Origin: a virus
Taxonomy: Duplodnaviria > Caudoviricetes
DNA: 62,199 nucleotides
Virus record (IMG/VR): IMGVR_UViG_3300043449_001468
Span: 1 to 62,199 of that record
Reading direction: 5' to 3' (one strand)
Shown: in pieces, positions 1 through 10,044 of the stretch
Layout: each line of letters starts with the position of its first letter
How positions within the stretch are numbered: position 1 is the first letter of the stretch
Made by a program: the position numbers and the translations under genes
Notes under the pieces: model-generated
Databases searched by the model: none
The model's input: the letters and a program-made list of their open reading frames with translations, nothing else
What the model was told of the DNA's origin: nothing

Positions 1-63
1 AGTCGCACCTATCAAATAAAGGACATAATCCAATGGGAACGATTCATTTCTGGTGTGCAATGA
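1..63 (+). CDS. uvsY: 3' end of UvsY recombination mediator (partial)
   Basis: Frame 1 reads SRTYQIKDIIQWERFISGVQ*, matching the UvsY C-terminal R.(F/Y)QIK..I.W..F..G pattern; lies directly upstream of uvsW as in T4-like phages. Confidence 0.75.
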   Translation, partial: SRTYQIKDIIQWERFISGVQ

Positions 64-81
64 TTCTGGGCTAACTGTAAT

Positions 82-1545
82 ATGTCCAACACACTATTAG
101 TCACCAAGAAAAACGAGGCACTCCTTCATATTGCCTGTGATGAGTCTACATCACAAGAGCTGTCGGACTATTTTGCCTTTTATGTACCGAACTATCAGTT
201 CACCCCTCTGTTCAAAAATAAAATGTGGGATGGGAAGATCCGGTTGTTCGACCGTCGATATGCGACATTGCCGGGGGGTCTGCTCAATCATCTCAAAAAA
301 TTTGCCACCGATCGCGGGTATACTCTTTCCATCGATGATGCAGTCCTATTGACCACCAGTTTCTCTATTGCGGAGGCAGAGGCCTTTGCCACAGCATTGC
401 GACTTCCCCATACCCCCTATGATTATCAAATCGAGGCATTTACCAGGGCGATTCGCAATCGACGGACCCTCATTGTGAGTCCTACGTCTTCCGGCAAATC
501 GTTGATCATCTACATGATTGTCAGATACTTACAGCAGAACCATCGTAAAGGTCTTATTATTGTTCCCACGACTTCATTGGTAGAACAACTATTTACTGAT
601 TTTATATCGTATGGCTGGGATGCAGATAAGTACGCCCATCGACTCTACGCAGGTAAGGAGAAACACACTAAACATTTTCTCACAATTTCCACATGGCAGA
701 CATTGCACCTACAATCCCCGGAGTATCTGTCGCAATTTGATTTTGTAATCGGGGATGAGGCACATTTAGCCAAGGGGAAATCGTTGTCTGCCATTCTCAC
801 CAATCTGATCAACGCAGATGTGCGAATAGGTACCACAGGGACACTCGACGGAACCACCACACATCGACTGGTCCTTGAGGGTCACTTTGGACCCGTGTAT
901 CAGGTGGCGACCACCAAAGAACTGATGGATGCTGGGCAAGTGTCCACGCTAGAGATCAAATGTCTTGTGTTGAAGTACCCTGAGGAGATGTGTAGGACTC
1001 TCAGGAAATCCGACTACAGAGAGGAATATGATACCGTCATTGCCTATGCTCCCAGAGGCAAATTCATTCGTAATCTTGCCCTTTCCCTGCATGGGAATAC
1101 TCTTATCTTATTCCAACTGGTCGACAGACATGGAAGGCCGATGTTCGAGGATCTGCGCGATTCTACCGACAAACATCAGGTATTCTTTGTGCATGGTAAA
1201 GTAGAAACTGAGGAGCGCGAGGAGGTTCGACGAATCACTGAGATCAGCGATAATGCCATCATCGTGGCCTCGTATGGCACCATGAGCACAGGCACCAATA
1301 TTAAGAAACTCCATAATGTCATCTTTGCCTCCCCCTCAAAATCCAAAATCCGCAATCTACAATCTATAGGAAGACAATTGCGATTAGCGGAAGGAAAGAA
1401 TGGAGCCACGCTGTTTGACATTGTGGACGATCTTCGCATCGGTAAACATGAGAATTACTTACTCAAGCACTTCATCGAACGGGTGAATATCTACAACGCC
1501 GAGAAATTTAGCATGAAGCACTATTACATTGACTTAAAGGGATAA
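82..1545 (+). CDS. uvsW: UvsW SF2 DNA helicase
   Basis: WDGKIRLF N-terminal motif, Walker A SPTSSGKS, DEAH box, TTGT and QSIGR..R; T4-like synteny. Confidence 0.95.
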   Translation: MSNTLLVTKKNEALLHIACDESTSQELSDYFAFYVPNYQFTPLFKNKMWDGKIRLFDRRYATLPGGLLNHLKKFATDRGYTLSIDDAVLLTTSFSIAEAEAFATALRLPHTPYDYQIEAFTRAIRNRRTLIVSPTSSGKSLIIYMIVRYLQQNHRKGLIIVPTTSLVEQLFTDFISYGWDADKYAHRLYAGKEKHTKHFLTISTWQTLHLQSPEYLSQFDFVIGDEAHLAKGKSLSAILTNLINADVRIGTTGTLDGTTTHRLVLEGHFGPVYQVATTKELMDAGQVSTLEIKCLVLKYPEEMCRTLRKSDYREEYDTVIAYAPRGKFIRNLALSLHGNTLILFQLVDRHGRPMFEDLRDSTDKHQVFFVHGKVETEEREEVRRITEISDNAIIVASYGTMSTGTNIKKLHNVIFASPSKSKIRNLQSIGRQLRLAEGKNGATLFDIVDDLRIGKHENYLLKHFIERVNIYNAEKFSMKHYYIDLKG

Positions 1546-1557
1546 GTCTGCTATACT
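1529..1557 (+). promoter_or_regulatory. sigma70-type early promoter (TTGACT-N17-TATACT, extended -10 TG)
   Basis: Near-consensus boxes with 17-nt spacing upstream of gp55. Confidence 0.7.
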
Positions 1558-1604
1558 AAATGGTTCTACAGACTTTCATCCTACAGGTTTATTCTAGGAG
1601 GATC

Positions 1605-2153
1605 ATGGCCCATACCCATTATGTCAATAACCAAGAACTTCTTGCGGCAATCATCGAGCATCGTAGAGCTGTCAAAGAGCACAAAAAGGAACAACTTGAC
1701 CCTCCCATGCTCAGTGACTATATCGGAACCTGTTTCTTGAAAATTGCCGAGCATCTTTCCAGAAAGCCTAATTTTGCCTCCTATACATTCAGAGAGGACA
1801 TGATTGCCGACGCTGTGGAGAATTGTATCCAGTATGTCCACAATTTCAATCCTTCTAAGTCAAAGAATCCTTTTTCCTACTTTACCCAGATCATTTATTT
1901 CGCATTTCTTCGTCGTATCAACAAGGAAAAGAAACAGCTCTATGCCAAGTACAAGGCCACCGAACAACTGGGATTACTGCAAAACAGCGAGGAGCACAAT
2001 CTAGAGGAGCTGGGCCTAGGTAACGGGAGACAGTTTCACGTCTACGAGAACATTTCGGATTTTATTCAGACCTTTGAAACTAGCCGCAAGAAACGACAAA
2101 AACCCTCCAAGCGAGCCCAGGGAGGGGTGCTCAAATTTGTGGGGGATCTATGA
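1605..2153 (+). CDS. gp55: gp55 late-transcription sigma factor
   Basis: HYVNN, YIG.CFLKIA..LS.KPNF..Y, DMIAD.VENC, NPFSYFTQIIYFAFLRRI.KEKKQ; start moved to ATG 1605 behind AGGAG. Confidence 0.95.
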   Translation: MAHTHYVNNQELLAAIIEHRRAVKEHKKEQLDPPMLSDYIGTCFLKIAEHLSRKPNFASYTFREDMIADAVENCIQYVHNFNPSKSKNPFSYFTQIIYFAFLRRINKEKKQLYAKYKATEQLGLLQNSEEHNLEELGLGNGRQFHVYENISDFIQTFETSRKKRQKPSKRAQGGVLKFVGDL

Positions 2154-3232
2154 AGCTGGCGATTATTAGTGACACTCACGCCGGGGCAAGATCCGATAAC
2201 CCCCACATCAACGACTATTTTTTTCGGTTTTGGGATAACATCTTCTTCCCCGCACTGAGAGCCCACAAGATCGACCGCGTGGTGCATCTGGGGGATGTGG
2301 TGGATCGTAGAAAATTTATCAATTTTGCGATCTGGAATAAATGGACCACATCATTTTTTGATCGTCTCAATGATGAATTCCATATGCCTATGGATATGCT
2401 CACGGGCAATCATGATGTGTACTACAGGAACACTAATGATGTCAATGCGCTTGATGAACTCCTAGGCAAATATGAGAATATCCGTATCTTTCGGGAAGTT
2501 ACGGACATGGACTATGATGGATTAACGGTCGCACTGATTCCCTGGATCAACAGCGGCAACTATGAGTCCTCTCTTGAGTACATTAAACATACCAAGGCTC
2601 CGGTCGTGTTCGGGCATCTGGAGATTTCAGGATTTGAAATGGATCCAGGAAACATCTGCCTCGGAGGACTTCATCGATCACTCTTTGAGCGATTCGACAT
2701 GGTACTCACAGGACATTTTCATCACAAATCAAGCGATGGCTGCATCTATTATCTGGGCAATCAATATGAGATGACTTGGGCAGATTATGGTGATGTTCGT
2801 GGGTTTCATATTTTTGATACCGATACACGGACGCTCACGTTCATTGAAAACCCCTATAAGATGTTTCATAAATTCACCTATGATGACCGTATCCAGACTT
2901 TCGAATTTTGGAAACAACAAGATTTCTCACACTATCAAAATAGCTATGTTAAGGTGGTGGTGGCCCACAAACAGAATCCATATCTGTTTGATACCGTGAT
3001 AGATTCCTTGCACAAAGCCACACCCGTCGATGTGACCATCGTAGAGGATTACACCGAGCAGGCGTTGGGCGGCAGCCACGACTCGGTAGACCAGGCCGAA
3101 GATACGATCACCATTGTGAGAAAGTGTGTGGATACCATGAAGCTTCCATCAGGCGTTGACAGTGACAAGTTGAAGGGTCTGTTGCAGGAATTGTACATCG
3201 AGGCCCTAAGTACCGAAACGGCGAGTCAATAA
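2150..3232 (+). CDS. gp47: gp47 recombination endonuclease subunit (Mre11/SbcD-like)
   Basis: Metallophosphoesterase motifs DTH, GD..D, GNHD, GH and GHFH. Confidence 0.95.
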   Translation: MKLAIISDTHAGARSDNPHINDYFFRFWDNIFFPALRAHKIDRVVHLGDVVDRRKFINFAIWNKWTTSFFDRLNDEFHMPMDMLTGNHDVYYRNTNDVNALDELLGKYENIRIFREVTDMDYDGLTVALIPWINSGNYESSLEYIKHTKAPVVFGHLEISGFEMDPGNICLGGLHRSLFERFDMVLTGHFHHKSSDGCIYYLGNQYEMTWADYGDVRGFHIFDTDTRTLTFIENPYKMFHKFTYDDRIQTFEFWKQQDFSHYQNSYVKVVVAHKQNPYLFDTVIDSLHKATPVDVTIVEDYTEQALGGSHDSVDQAEDTITIVRKCVDTMKLPSGVDSDKLKGLLQELYIEALSTETASQ

Positions 3233-3234
3233 CC

Positions 3235-4947
3235 ATGCTCATTTTCTCAACACTACGATACAAGAACTTTCTCTCATCCGGTAACTACTGGACCACCATT
3301 CAACTCAATAAGTCCCAGAATACACTGATAGTGGGAAAAAATGGTTCGGGAAAGTCGGCCGTCCTGGATGCGATTTGTTTTTCCCTCTACAACAAGCCGT
3401 TTCGTGACATTACCAAACCGGCGTTGGTGAATTCCATCAACCAAAAGGATGCTGTGGTTGAAATTGAATTCACCACGGAACATCATGCGTTCAAGGTCAT
3501 CCGTGGCATCAAACCTAATATTTTTGAGATCTATCGGGACGGAGAACTCATCAATCAAGCAGCCGATTCGCGTGACTATCAAGAATTTCTAGAGAAATTC
3601 ATTCTTAGACTCAACTACAAATCATTCATTCAGATTATTATCCTTGGCTCTGCCTCATTTACCCCATTCATGCAACTGTCTATGTCGGATCGTCGGTCGA
3701 TCATCGAAGATTTGCTAGACATCCAAATCTTCTCCCTTATGAATGCCTTGGTAAAAACGAAACAATCCGAATTGACGGCAAGGAAAAATGAGAACAAGGT
3801 CCTCATTGAAAATGCCCACGAGAAAATCTCTATGCAGAGTCGATATGCTAACGATGTGCAGCAAGACATCGCGCAACTGATGCAAGACAATATATCCGAA
3901 CAAGCGCAACACAACAAGGAGATTGAACGACTACATACGTTATGTGAGAAGACTGGGGCATCACTTGATTCGCTGAAAGCGAAGATTGTGGATAAACCAA
4001 AGATCGAGGCGACGATCAAGAAATTAACTCAACTTGAGACCCAAATCGAGCACAATCTCAACAAACATAGAAAAACCAAAACATTCTATGAGATAGAAGA
4101 GGTATGTCCCACCTGTGTTCAACCTATTCAAGCCGATTTTAAGGAGACGCAATTTACCCAGCTCACATCTAAAATAGAGGAATCAGAGTCGGGGCTCAAA
4201 CAAATCGAGGAGAAAATACGAGCCAATCAAACTAGACTAGCCGAGATTGCTGAGGTGGAGAAAGACATCACCAAGCATGAGCTGATGTACACCGAACTCA
4301 CCACGGCGAAGGCCCAGATTGGTAAATTCATACAAAAACTTAAGGACAAACTTCTACAGCTACAGGAAAAGAAACAGTCATCTGGGCGGGAAGAGGGGCG
4401 ACTTCTGGAACATAGGCAGGAGCTGGAAAAACTCGAAGCCACGAGGAAAGACACTCTGGAATCATTGGCATACTATGATGCTGCGGGCGTGTTGCTCAAA
4501 GACACAGGAATTAAGACAAAAATCATCCGTCAATATCTTCCCATCATTAATACGTTGGTCAATAAGTATCTTGCGTCAATGGATTTTTTTGTAAATTTCA
4601 ATCTCGACGAGACATTCAAAGAGACAATCAAATCCCGACATCGGGATGATTTCTCGTATGCCTCCTTCTCTGAAGGAGAAAAACAACGCATTGACATGGC
4701 TCTTATGCTCACCTGGAGATCGGTGGCCAAACTTAAAAATTCAGTGAACACCAATCTCTTGATCCTCGATGAAATATTCGATTCCTCTATGGACACCACC
4801 GGCGCCGAAGAGTTGACCAAGATTCTCCATAATCTTGATGGGGCAAACGTGTTTGTCATTTCCCATCGGGGGGACGTGCTACAAGATAAATTTCGTAGCG
4901 TACTCAAATTCGAAAAAATTCAGAATTTTAGTCACATCGCGACATAG
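3235..4947 (+). CDS. gp46: gp46 recombination ATPase subunit (Rad50/SbcC-like)
   Basis: GKNGSGKS Walker A, CPTC zinc hook within coiled coil, FSEGEK signature, LILDE Walker B, ISH. Confidence 0.95.
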   Translation: MLIFSTLRYKNFLSSGNYWTTIQLNKSQNTLIVGKNGSGKSAVLDAICFSLYNKPFRDITKPALVNSINQKDAVVEIEFTTEHHAFKVIRGIKPNIFEIYRDGELINQAADSRDYQEFLEKFILRLNYKSFIQIIILGSASFTPFMQLSMSDRRSIIEDLLDIQIFSLMNALVKTKQSELTARKNENKVLIENAHEKISMQSRYANDVQQDIAQLMQDNISEQAQHNKEIERLHTLCEKTGASLDSLKAKIVDKPKIEATIKKLTQLETQIEHNLNKHRKTKTFYEIEEVCPTCVQPIQADFKETQFTQLTSKIEESESGLKQIEEKIRANQTRLAEIAEVEKDITKHELMYTELTTAKAQIGKFIQKLKDKLLQLQEKKQSSGREEGRLLEHRQELEKLEATRKDTLESLAYYDAAGVLLKDTGIKTKIIRQYLPIINTLVNKYLASMDFFVNFNLDETFKETIKSRHRDDFSYASFSEGEKQRIDMALMLTWRSVAKLKNSVNTNLLILDEIFDSSMDTTGAEELTKILHNLDGANVFVISHRGDVLQDKFRSVLKFEKIQNFSHIAT

Positions 4948-4954
4948 GAGGTAC

Positions 4955-5680
4955 ATGATGACCAAGGACACACCTAATTTCACAGCAGCCCCAACCCCCC
5001 AAACGGATTCAGTGGGGACAGAGGTGTTTACCTATAACACCACCACACCTCCTCCTCTTGTCAAAAAACACTATGAATTACTACCACTGTATAATGAGCA
5101 TAATCCTATGCTCAAGCTGAGGCAACCTGAACTAGATTTTTCGTCTTTTCCGGCAAACATTGTTGAATTTGCCCGACAATTGGACTATACCATGAATCAC
5201 TATGGTGGGATGGGTCTCGCGGCACCTCAATGTGGATTCCCCTATAGAATGTTTGTGATGTCCGGTGGTGTGGTGTGTATCAACCCCAAGATTCTTCGCT
5301 CCGCCGACGAGACCATACGAGAAAAGGAGGGATGTCTGTCATACCCAGGACTATTCTTGCCCATTACTCGGCCACGTTCGGTCCACGTAGAATATTACAC
5401 GGTCAGTGGACAACGAGTGGAGGAGACATTCACAGGCGCCACGGCGCGAGTCTTCCAGCATGAGTGTGATCATCTCGACGGTAAAGTGTTCACCCGATAC
5501 GTGGGAACCCTCACGCTACAGATGGCCAAAAAGAAAAAGGAAAAGATGTTCAAAAAGATCAAACGTATCGTTGAGCATAAGGAAGCTCAGATTCGATACA
5601 CGGGGAGTGAACGCCGAAAAATTAACCCCGTAACTGGTCCTGAGGTAAGTAAATCTATCATCTCTCATAGGGAGAGCTAA
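4955..5680 (+). CDS. def: peptide deformylase
   Basis: GMGLAAPQ, EGCLS and QHECDHLDG motifs; start moved to ATG 4955 behind AGGAGG. Confidence 0.9.
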   Translation: MMTKDTPNFTAAPTPQTDSVGTEVFTYNTTTPPPLVKKHYELLPLYNEHNPMLKLRQPELDFSSFPANIVEFARQLDYTMNHYGGMGLAAPQCGFPYRMFVMSGGVVCINPKILRSADETIREKEGCLSYPGLFLPITRPRSVHVEYYTVSGQRVEETFTGATARVFQHECDHLDGKVFTRYVGTLTLQMAKKKKEKMFKKIKRIVEHKEAQIRYTGSERRKINPVTGPEVSKSIISHRES

Positions 5681-6850
5681 ATGCAGCCTTGGCAACATGG
5701 ATTTGAATTGAGCGACCTCAAACAGCTTGAGAGCTTCTATGCTCCCCATAATCAGTATGCCCTTTCGGTGTTTGGGAAATTTAAGAAAAACGATATCGCT
5801 GCCCATCTACATGAGCAGACCCTCAAGTTATTCAATGAAACGGGCAGTGGACCTGCGGCGGCCATGGTCGTGGAACAGTCTAAGGTGCCCAGTAAGATCA
5901 CCATGTTTGGAAAGACAGTCATTGGGCATAAGATGAAAGGAGATATCACAGTGTCTCGTTTAGTGGGTGATCCTGGGATACTGAAAGACTCCCTCCATAC
6001 ACTCACGGAAGATTGTTGGCTCATCACCTACGCCGGAAATTCCCCCATCCGTCAGCTGGCCGTACAATCCGGATTTGATTATGTTGGACATAAGATCACC
6101 TCATTTTCTGAAATCTACGCTGTCTATTTTCGCAATGGATATTCAAGTACGAAACCTAGAGAACACCCCACCGTGAATCCAGCAGAGTTGGTGTCTATGG
6201 CAAAAATCTGTGACGTAGACACCGAGGTAATAGAAGCAATCCTGAATAAACTCCAACTATTGGCCCCAACATTTACCAACCATTACAGCAACTACAACAC
6301 GATGAATGCATGGTCGGCTATTGCACTGCGCGGCTATCTGCCCGATCCAGGATTTATCACCAAACCCCAGGAGATGAGTGATAAGTGGATGAGGGAGCAA
6401 AAAGAACAAGATTTTTTTATGCAGGATACCAATCTATATGCACAGTTCCCTGAGGTACGAGAACTGCTCTCATTTTTGGATGGAGATATCCATAGGGTCC
6501 GCTTTATGCGGCTCGCCCCAGGAGGAGGGGAATTGCAGCGACACACAGATCAAGTTGACAGAGACGCTGGAAATTCTCTCGGTCAACTGGCACGCCTACA
6601 TTTTCCATTGAAGACCAACAGTAAGGTATTGTTCAGCACCTGGAATGCCCAGGACGAAAAAGAAGATTATCATTATGGATTTGGGGAATGCTGGGTGATC
6701 GATACTCGGAAACCACATATGGCAGTAAATGGGGGTACCGAAGAACGGATTCATCTCGTTGTGGATACCATCGTGACCCCCAAACTCGAAAGGATGATCT
6801 GCGACAGTATGCCACTTCGTATTGGAGATCTCCATGGTTCCAACATATGA
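5681..6850 (+). CDS. GNAT-like N-terminal domain fused to aspartyl/asparaginyl beta-hydroxylase-type Fe/2OG dioxygenase
   Basis: C-terminal RVRFMRL.PG..L.RHTD...RLHFPL.TN...W.IDT.KPH.A.N.G..RIHLVVD is typical of the Asp-beta-hydroxylase family; the N-terminal W.....N...R.L....GF..VG resembles GNAT motif B (weaker). Confidence 0.7.
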   Translation: MQPWQHGFELSDLKQLESFYAPHNQYALSVFGKFKKNDIAAHLHEQTLKLFNETGSGPAAAMVVEQSKVPSKITMFGKTVIGHKMKGDITVSRLVGDPGILKDSLHTLTEDCWLITYAGNSPIRQLAVQSGFDYVGHKITSFSEIYAVYFRNGYSSTKPREHPTVNPAELVSMAKICDVDTEVIEAILNKLQLLAPTFTNHYSNYNTMNAWSAIALRGYLPDPGFITKPQEMSDKWMREQKEQDFFMQDTNLYAQFPEVRELLSFLDGDIHRVRFMRLAPGGGELQRHTDQVDRDAGNSLGQLARLHFPLKTNSKVLFSTWNAQDEKEDYHYGFGECWVIDTRKPHMAVNGGTEERIHLVVDTIVTPKLERMICDSMPLRIGDLHGSNI

Positions 6851-7640
6851 TGAACTAATTCGAATATATAGAAATACACTTAGCCAAAGAGGATGGCAGG
6901 ATCCAAACCCCCCAATCCAGATTGTCGAGCATGAAGGATATCTTGTGGTGCGCGACGATCTACTTGGCTATGGCAGCAAGGCACGATTTGTGGATTATAT
7001 GGTGCAAACTATGCCAGAACGGGAGATTGTCTTCGGATCATGCCCGGCTACAGGATATGCCCAGATCAGCCTTCCTGTAGTTGCGAAGCGATATGGCAAA
7101 TCAGTACATCTGTTCATGGCGCAACGAGATCTTTCTAAATTGCACCCCTATCAACAGCTAGGCGCCAAACTAGGGTCGAGGTATCATTGGGTGCCGTCTG
7201 GAATGCTCAATGTCACCAAGGCAAGGGCACGAGAGTATGCCGCAGAAGATCCTGCCAATAGAATGCTACTTCCGATTGGTCTAGAGCATCCCAGTGTGAT
7301 CGCCTCGATTATTCAGGTAGCCCATACCCAGATTCCATTCATTCCAGATCATGTGTGGTCCGTAGGATCATCAGGATGCCTGAATAGAGGACTTCAGCTC
7401 GCATGGCCGAACGCCGAGGTGCATGTGGTCAGTGTTGGGCATACCATGGGCGAGCGAGAAATTGGTCGTGCTATATATCATCGTTCTCCATATAAATTTG
7501 ATCAAATGGTCAAGAAACATGAGGCTCCCCCATTCCCAAGTGCCCCGACCTACGATGCCAAAGTGTGGGCACCGATGTGCGCCTGGTATGAGACACATCA
7601 TCGCCCAGATAAAGTATTAGTTTGGAATGTGGCCGCATAG
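6834..7640 (+). CDS. PLP-dependent fold-type II enzyme (ACC deaminase/cysteine desulfhydrase-like)
   Basis: VVRDDLLGYGSKAR Schiff-base Lys motif, VGSSG phosphate-binding loop, PTYDAK, LVWNV end. Confidence 0.75.
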   Translation: MVPTYDELIRIYRNTLSQRGWQDPNPPIQIVEHEGYLVVRDDLLGYGSKARFVDYMVQTMPEREIVFGSCPATGYAQISLPVVAKRYGKSVHLFMAQRDLSKLHPYQQLGAKLGSRYHWVPSGMLNVTKARAREYAAEDPANRMLLPIGLEHPSVIASIIQVAHTQIPFIPDHVWSVGSSGCLNRGLQLAWPNAEVHVVSVGHTMGEREIGRAIYHRSPYKFDQMVKKHEAPPFPSAPTYDAKVWAPMCAWYETHHRPDKVLVWNVAA

Positions 7641-7642
7641 GA

Positions 7643-7671
7643 TTGACATTCAACCTCAACTGTGAGATAAT
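7643..7671 (+). promoter_or_regulatory. sigma70-type promoter (TTGACA-N17-GATAAT), probably giving a leaderless mRNA
   Basis: Boxes visible; ATG 7679 lies 7 nt after the -10 box with no SD. Confidence 0.65.
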
Positions 7672-7678
7672 GTAGATT

Positions 7679-9262
7679 ATGGACAAACAATGGTACTACG
7701 AGCGCAACACAGAATTAATGGCATCTCCTGTTAATCGCACCTTTGAAGAACTCCTATGGATGACACAAGACGAATTCCGTCAATGGGTCGTTGATCTTCG
7801 CAAGACCGTGGTGCAACTGTGGGACGAGAAGGGTCAACCTCCTCGTGTTGGTTACGACACCGCCGAGATCATCGAACAGTTTCAGAACATGGAACCCACG
7901 GTCGTTCAAGCATTCGAGCAACTTGACGAATATACTGGGACGAAGGATGTGATTCGATGTACCTCAAATTTAGGGAATGCGGTCAATCAATTTTTTCCTT
8001 CGATGATGGCCACCAGAATCAATTATACCAAGGATCCTAACGCAGGAAAATCTATCTATGATTATTTTGCAAGACCTGAACTCCTAGAGACATTTATCAA
8101 GTACGCCACGCGGCATTTTAAGCGCGACAGTTTCTATCATTTTTCCCGCACCCTAGGTGCATCCGACATCTCCAAATATGGGGTGTTGCCTGTTGCGGCA
8201 ACGGGGAAAGAGTGGATTCTTGAATTTGAATCTGGGCACTATCGCAGCAAAGGATGGGACTATTGGTTGGCTCCTCGTGAAGAGGATGCCACCTATACCG
8301 GCTACAACGAAGAACTCAAGGGGAAGCAATATCTTCGGGTATCCAAAGATGAGATTGAAACTCTCGGTGCCACGATTCCAGACAAATGCAAGACCAATGT
8401 GGATTGGTCCAAGGGAGAATCCTATACGATCCGTGTGTTTGAGCGAGGCAACCGAGTATTCCCCGCTGGACTCAAGGCATTTCGGGTCTCATTCAGCCAA
8501 TACGCGGTGAATTGGCCACCATTGGCCGCAAAATATATTTACGAACGCTATACCGAACCATGGAAAAAAGAATCTACCATCTACTGTTGGGACCCATCAA
8601 GTGGATGGGGAGGTCGTCTACTTGGCGCCATGTCTGTCAAGGATGATCGTCACATTACCTATCTGGGCAATGACCCCAATACCGATCATAACACCACCCC
8701 AGGAAGAACGAAATACCACGAGATCTACGATTTCTATCGAACCCATGTGCAGAAAGGTGGGCTGTTCGGCGCAGAACATACAGGCTTCAAATTCTGGCAA
8801 CTAGGCTCTGAGGTGATGCAGTTTGACCCAGACTTCCAACAGTACAAAGGGAAGTTGAGTCTGGTGTTTACCAGTCCACCGTATTTCAGTAAAGAGCGAT
8901 ATTCAGAAGATCCTGCCCAATCTTGTATCAAATTTGATACATATGAGGCGTGGCGAGACGGTTTCCTCACGGAAACACTCAGAACGGCCTATGGGTGGCT
9001 ACGACCCGGAGGAATCATAGCGTGGAACATTGCCAACGCTACATTTGGCGGAATTCGTCTACCCCTTGAAACGGACTCTTGCAGTATACTCAATTCATTG
9101 GGCATGAAACACATCGAAACCCTCAAGCTCGCGTTGGCTCAAATGCCCGGAGGAAACAGAATAGATTCAACATCAGGAATTCCGAAAACTGAACACTTTT
9201 GCAAAGTGAACAATCTCTGGCTGAAATATGAACCTATACTAATTTGGAGGAAGCCTCTTTGA
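7679..9262 (+). CDS. DNA amino-methyltransferase-fold protein (N4C/N6A type) with long N-terminal extension
   Basis: SAM-binding DPSSGWGG (8591) followed by catalytic TSPPYF (SPPY at 8873); KYEPI C-terminus. Confidence 0.8.
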   Translation: MDKQWYYERNTELMASPVNRTFEELLWMTQDEFRQWVVDLRKTVVQLWDEKGQPPRVGYDTAEIIEQFQNMEPTVVQAFEQLDEYTGTKDVIRCTSNLGNAVNQFFPSMMATRINYTKDPNAGKSIYDYFARPELLETFIKYATRHFKRDSFYHFSRTLGASDISKYGVLPVAATGKEWILEFESGHYRSKGWDYWLAPREEDATYTGYNEELKGKQYLRVSKDEIETLGATIPDKCKTNVDWSKGESYTIRVFERGNRVFPAGLKAFRVSFSQYAVNWPPLAAKYIYERYTEPWKKESTIYCWDPSSGWGGRLLGAMSVKDDRHITYLGNDPNTDHNTTPGRTKYHEIYDFYRTHVQKGGLFGAEHTGFKFWQLGSEVMQFDPDFQQYKGKLSLVFTSPPYFSKERYSEDPAQSCIKFDTYEAWRDGFLTETLRTAYGWLRPGGIIAWNIANATFGGIRLPLETDSCSILNSLGMKHIETLKLALAQMPGGNRIDSTSGIPKTEHFCKVNNLWLKYEPILIWRKPL

Positions 9263-9848
9263 GCACAGGACATTTCCATCCCTTGTGTGATTTTCTGAGC
9301 CCACGGGCGACAGACCACATATGGCCCACATTCAATCCATGAAGTTTGCAGAATCCATTCAAGTTTTTTATTTGTATGACATTCCCACTAGGAGTTACTA
9401 ACTCCCAATGTTTATCTTTTTTTCCCGATATTGACTTTCGAACTTTCTCGATATGTTCCTGGGTCTGGGCTCCTGTTTTTACTCCTTTATTCCAAGGAAT
9501 TCTTCGTTTGAACTTTGCGATGGTATCTGGGGAATGCCTGAATCCTATTTGACCTTCTCCTCCATACGACATATTATATCCCTTACCTGTAGAATAATGA
9601 CTCTGATATAATCGTATGAAATACCCCTCCATGATGTTCAATGTGAAATCTGGGTCGGATGATTCGTATTCTATCGACCACTCAAATTGATCAGCCCCAT
9701 ATTTCTTGATGGCCTGATGAAACACCACCCCTGTGGGTCGTCGTGAGGATTCCCATATATGCTGATATCTCCTATTTGGCCAAGCCGAATCGTATCCTAT
9801 GTAGATTTTCCCATTTACCTTATTCGTGGCTTTATAAATAACTGGCAT
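9234..9848 (-). mobile_element. free-standing GIY-YIG homing endonuclease with NUMOD3-like repeats
   Basis: VIYKATNKVNGKIYIG, GYNMSYGGEG, HSPDT, PWNKG; the only convincing minus-strand gene; overlaps the MTase 3' end. Confidence 0.9.
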
Positions 9849-9907
9849 GCTGGCGTCCTCCTGTGACGTTAGGGTGGGTGGGGTTGCTCAGACCCGCGAC
9901 TCACATC

Positions 9908-9915
9908 TATTTATA
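9908..9915 (-). promoter_or_regulatory. T4-type late promoter TATAAATA for the homing endonuclease
   Basis: Exact TATAAATA on the minus strand about 60 nt upstream of the HE start. Confidence 0.75.
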
Positions 9916-10009
9916 ATTTCCGATAACTCTAGGTTACGGAGTATCCGACCCTCATAGTCATGTGTATCAAATCAGATACATTCTTCATAATTATAATCCT
10001 CTAATCTTC

Positions 10010-10038
10010 TTGACCGTACCCACCGTGTATGTTAGACT
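10010..10038 (+). promoter_or_regulatory. early promoter TTGACC-N17-TAGACT (TG extended -10)
   Basis: Boxes visible; ATG follows 6 nt later (leaderless). Confidence 0.6.
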
Positions 10039-10044
10039 ACATAC

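Noticed and set aside
9833-9840. TATAAATA late promoter on the + strand
   Set aside because: It arises from the antisense of the IYK codons of the homing endonuclease, and the downstream genes have their own early promoters.
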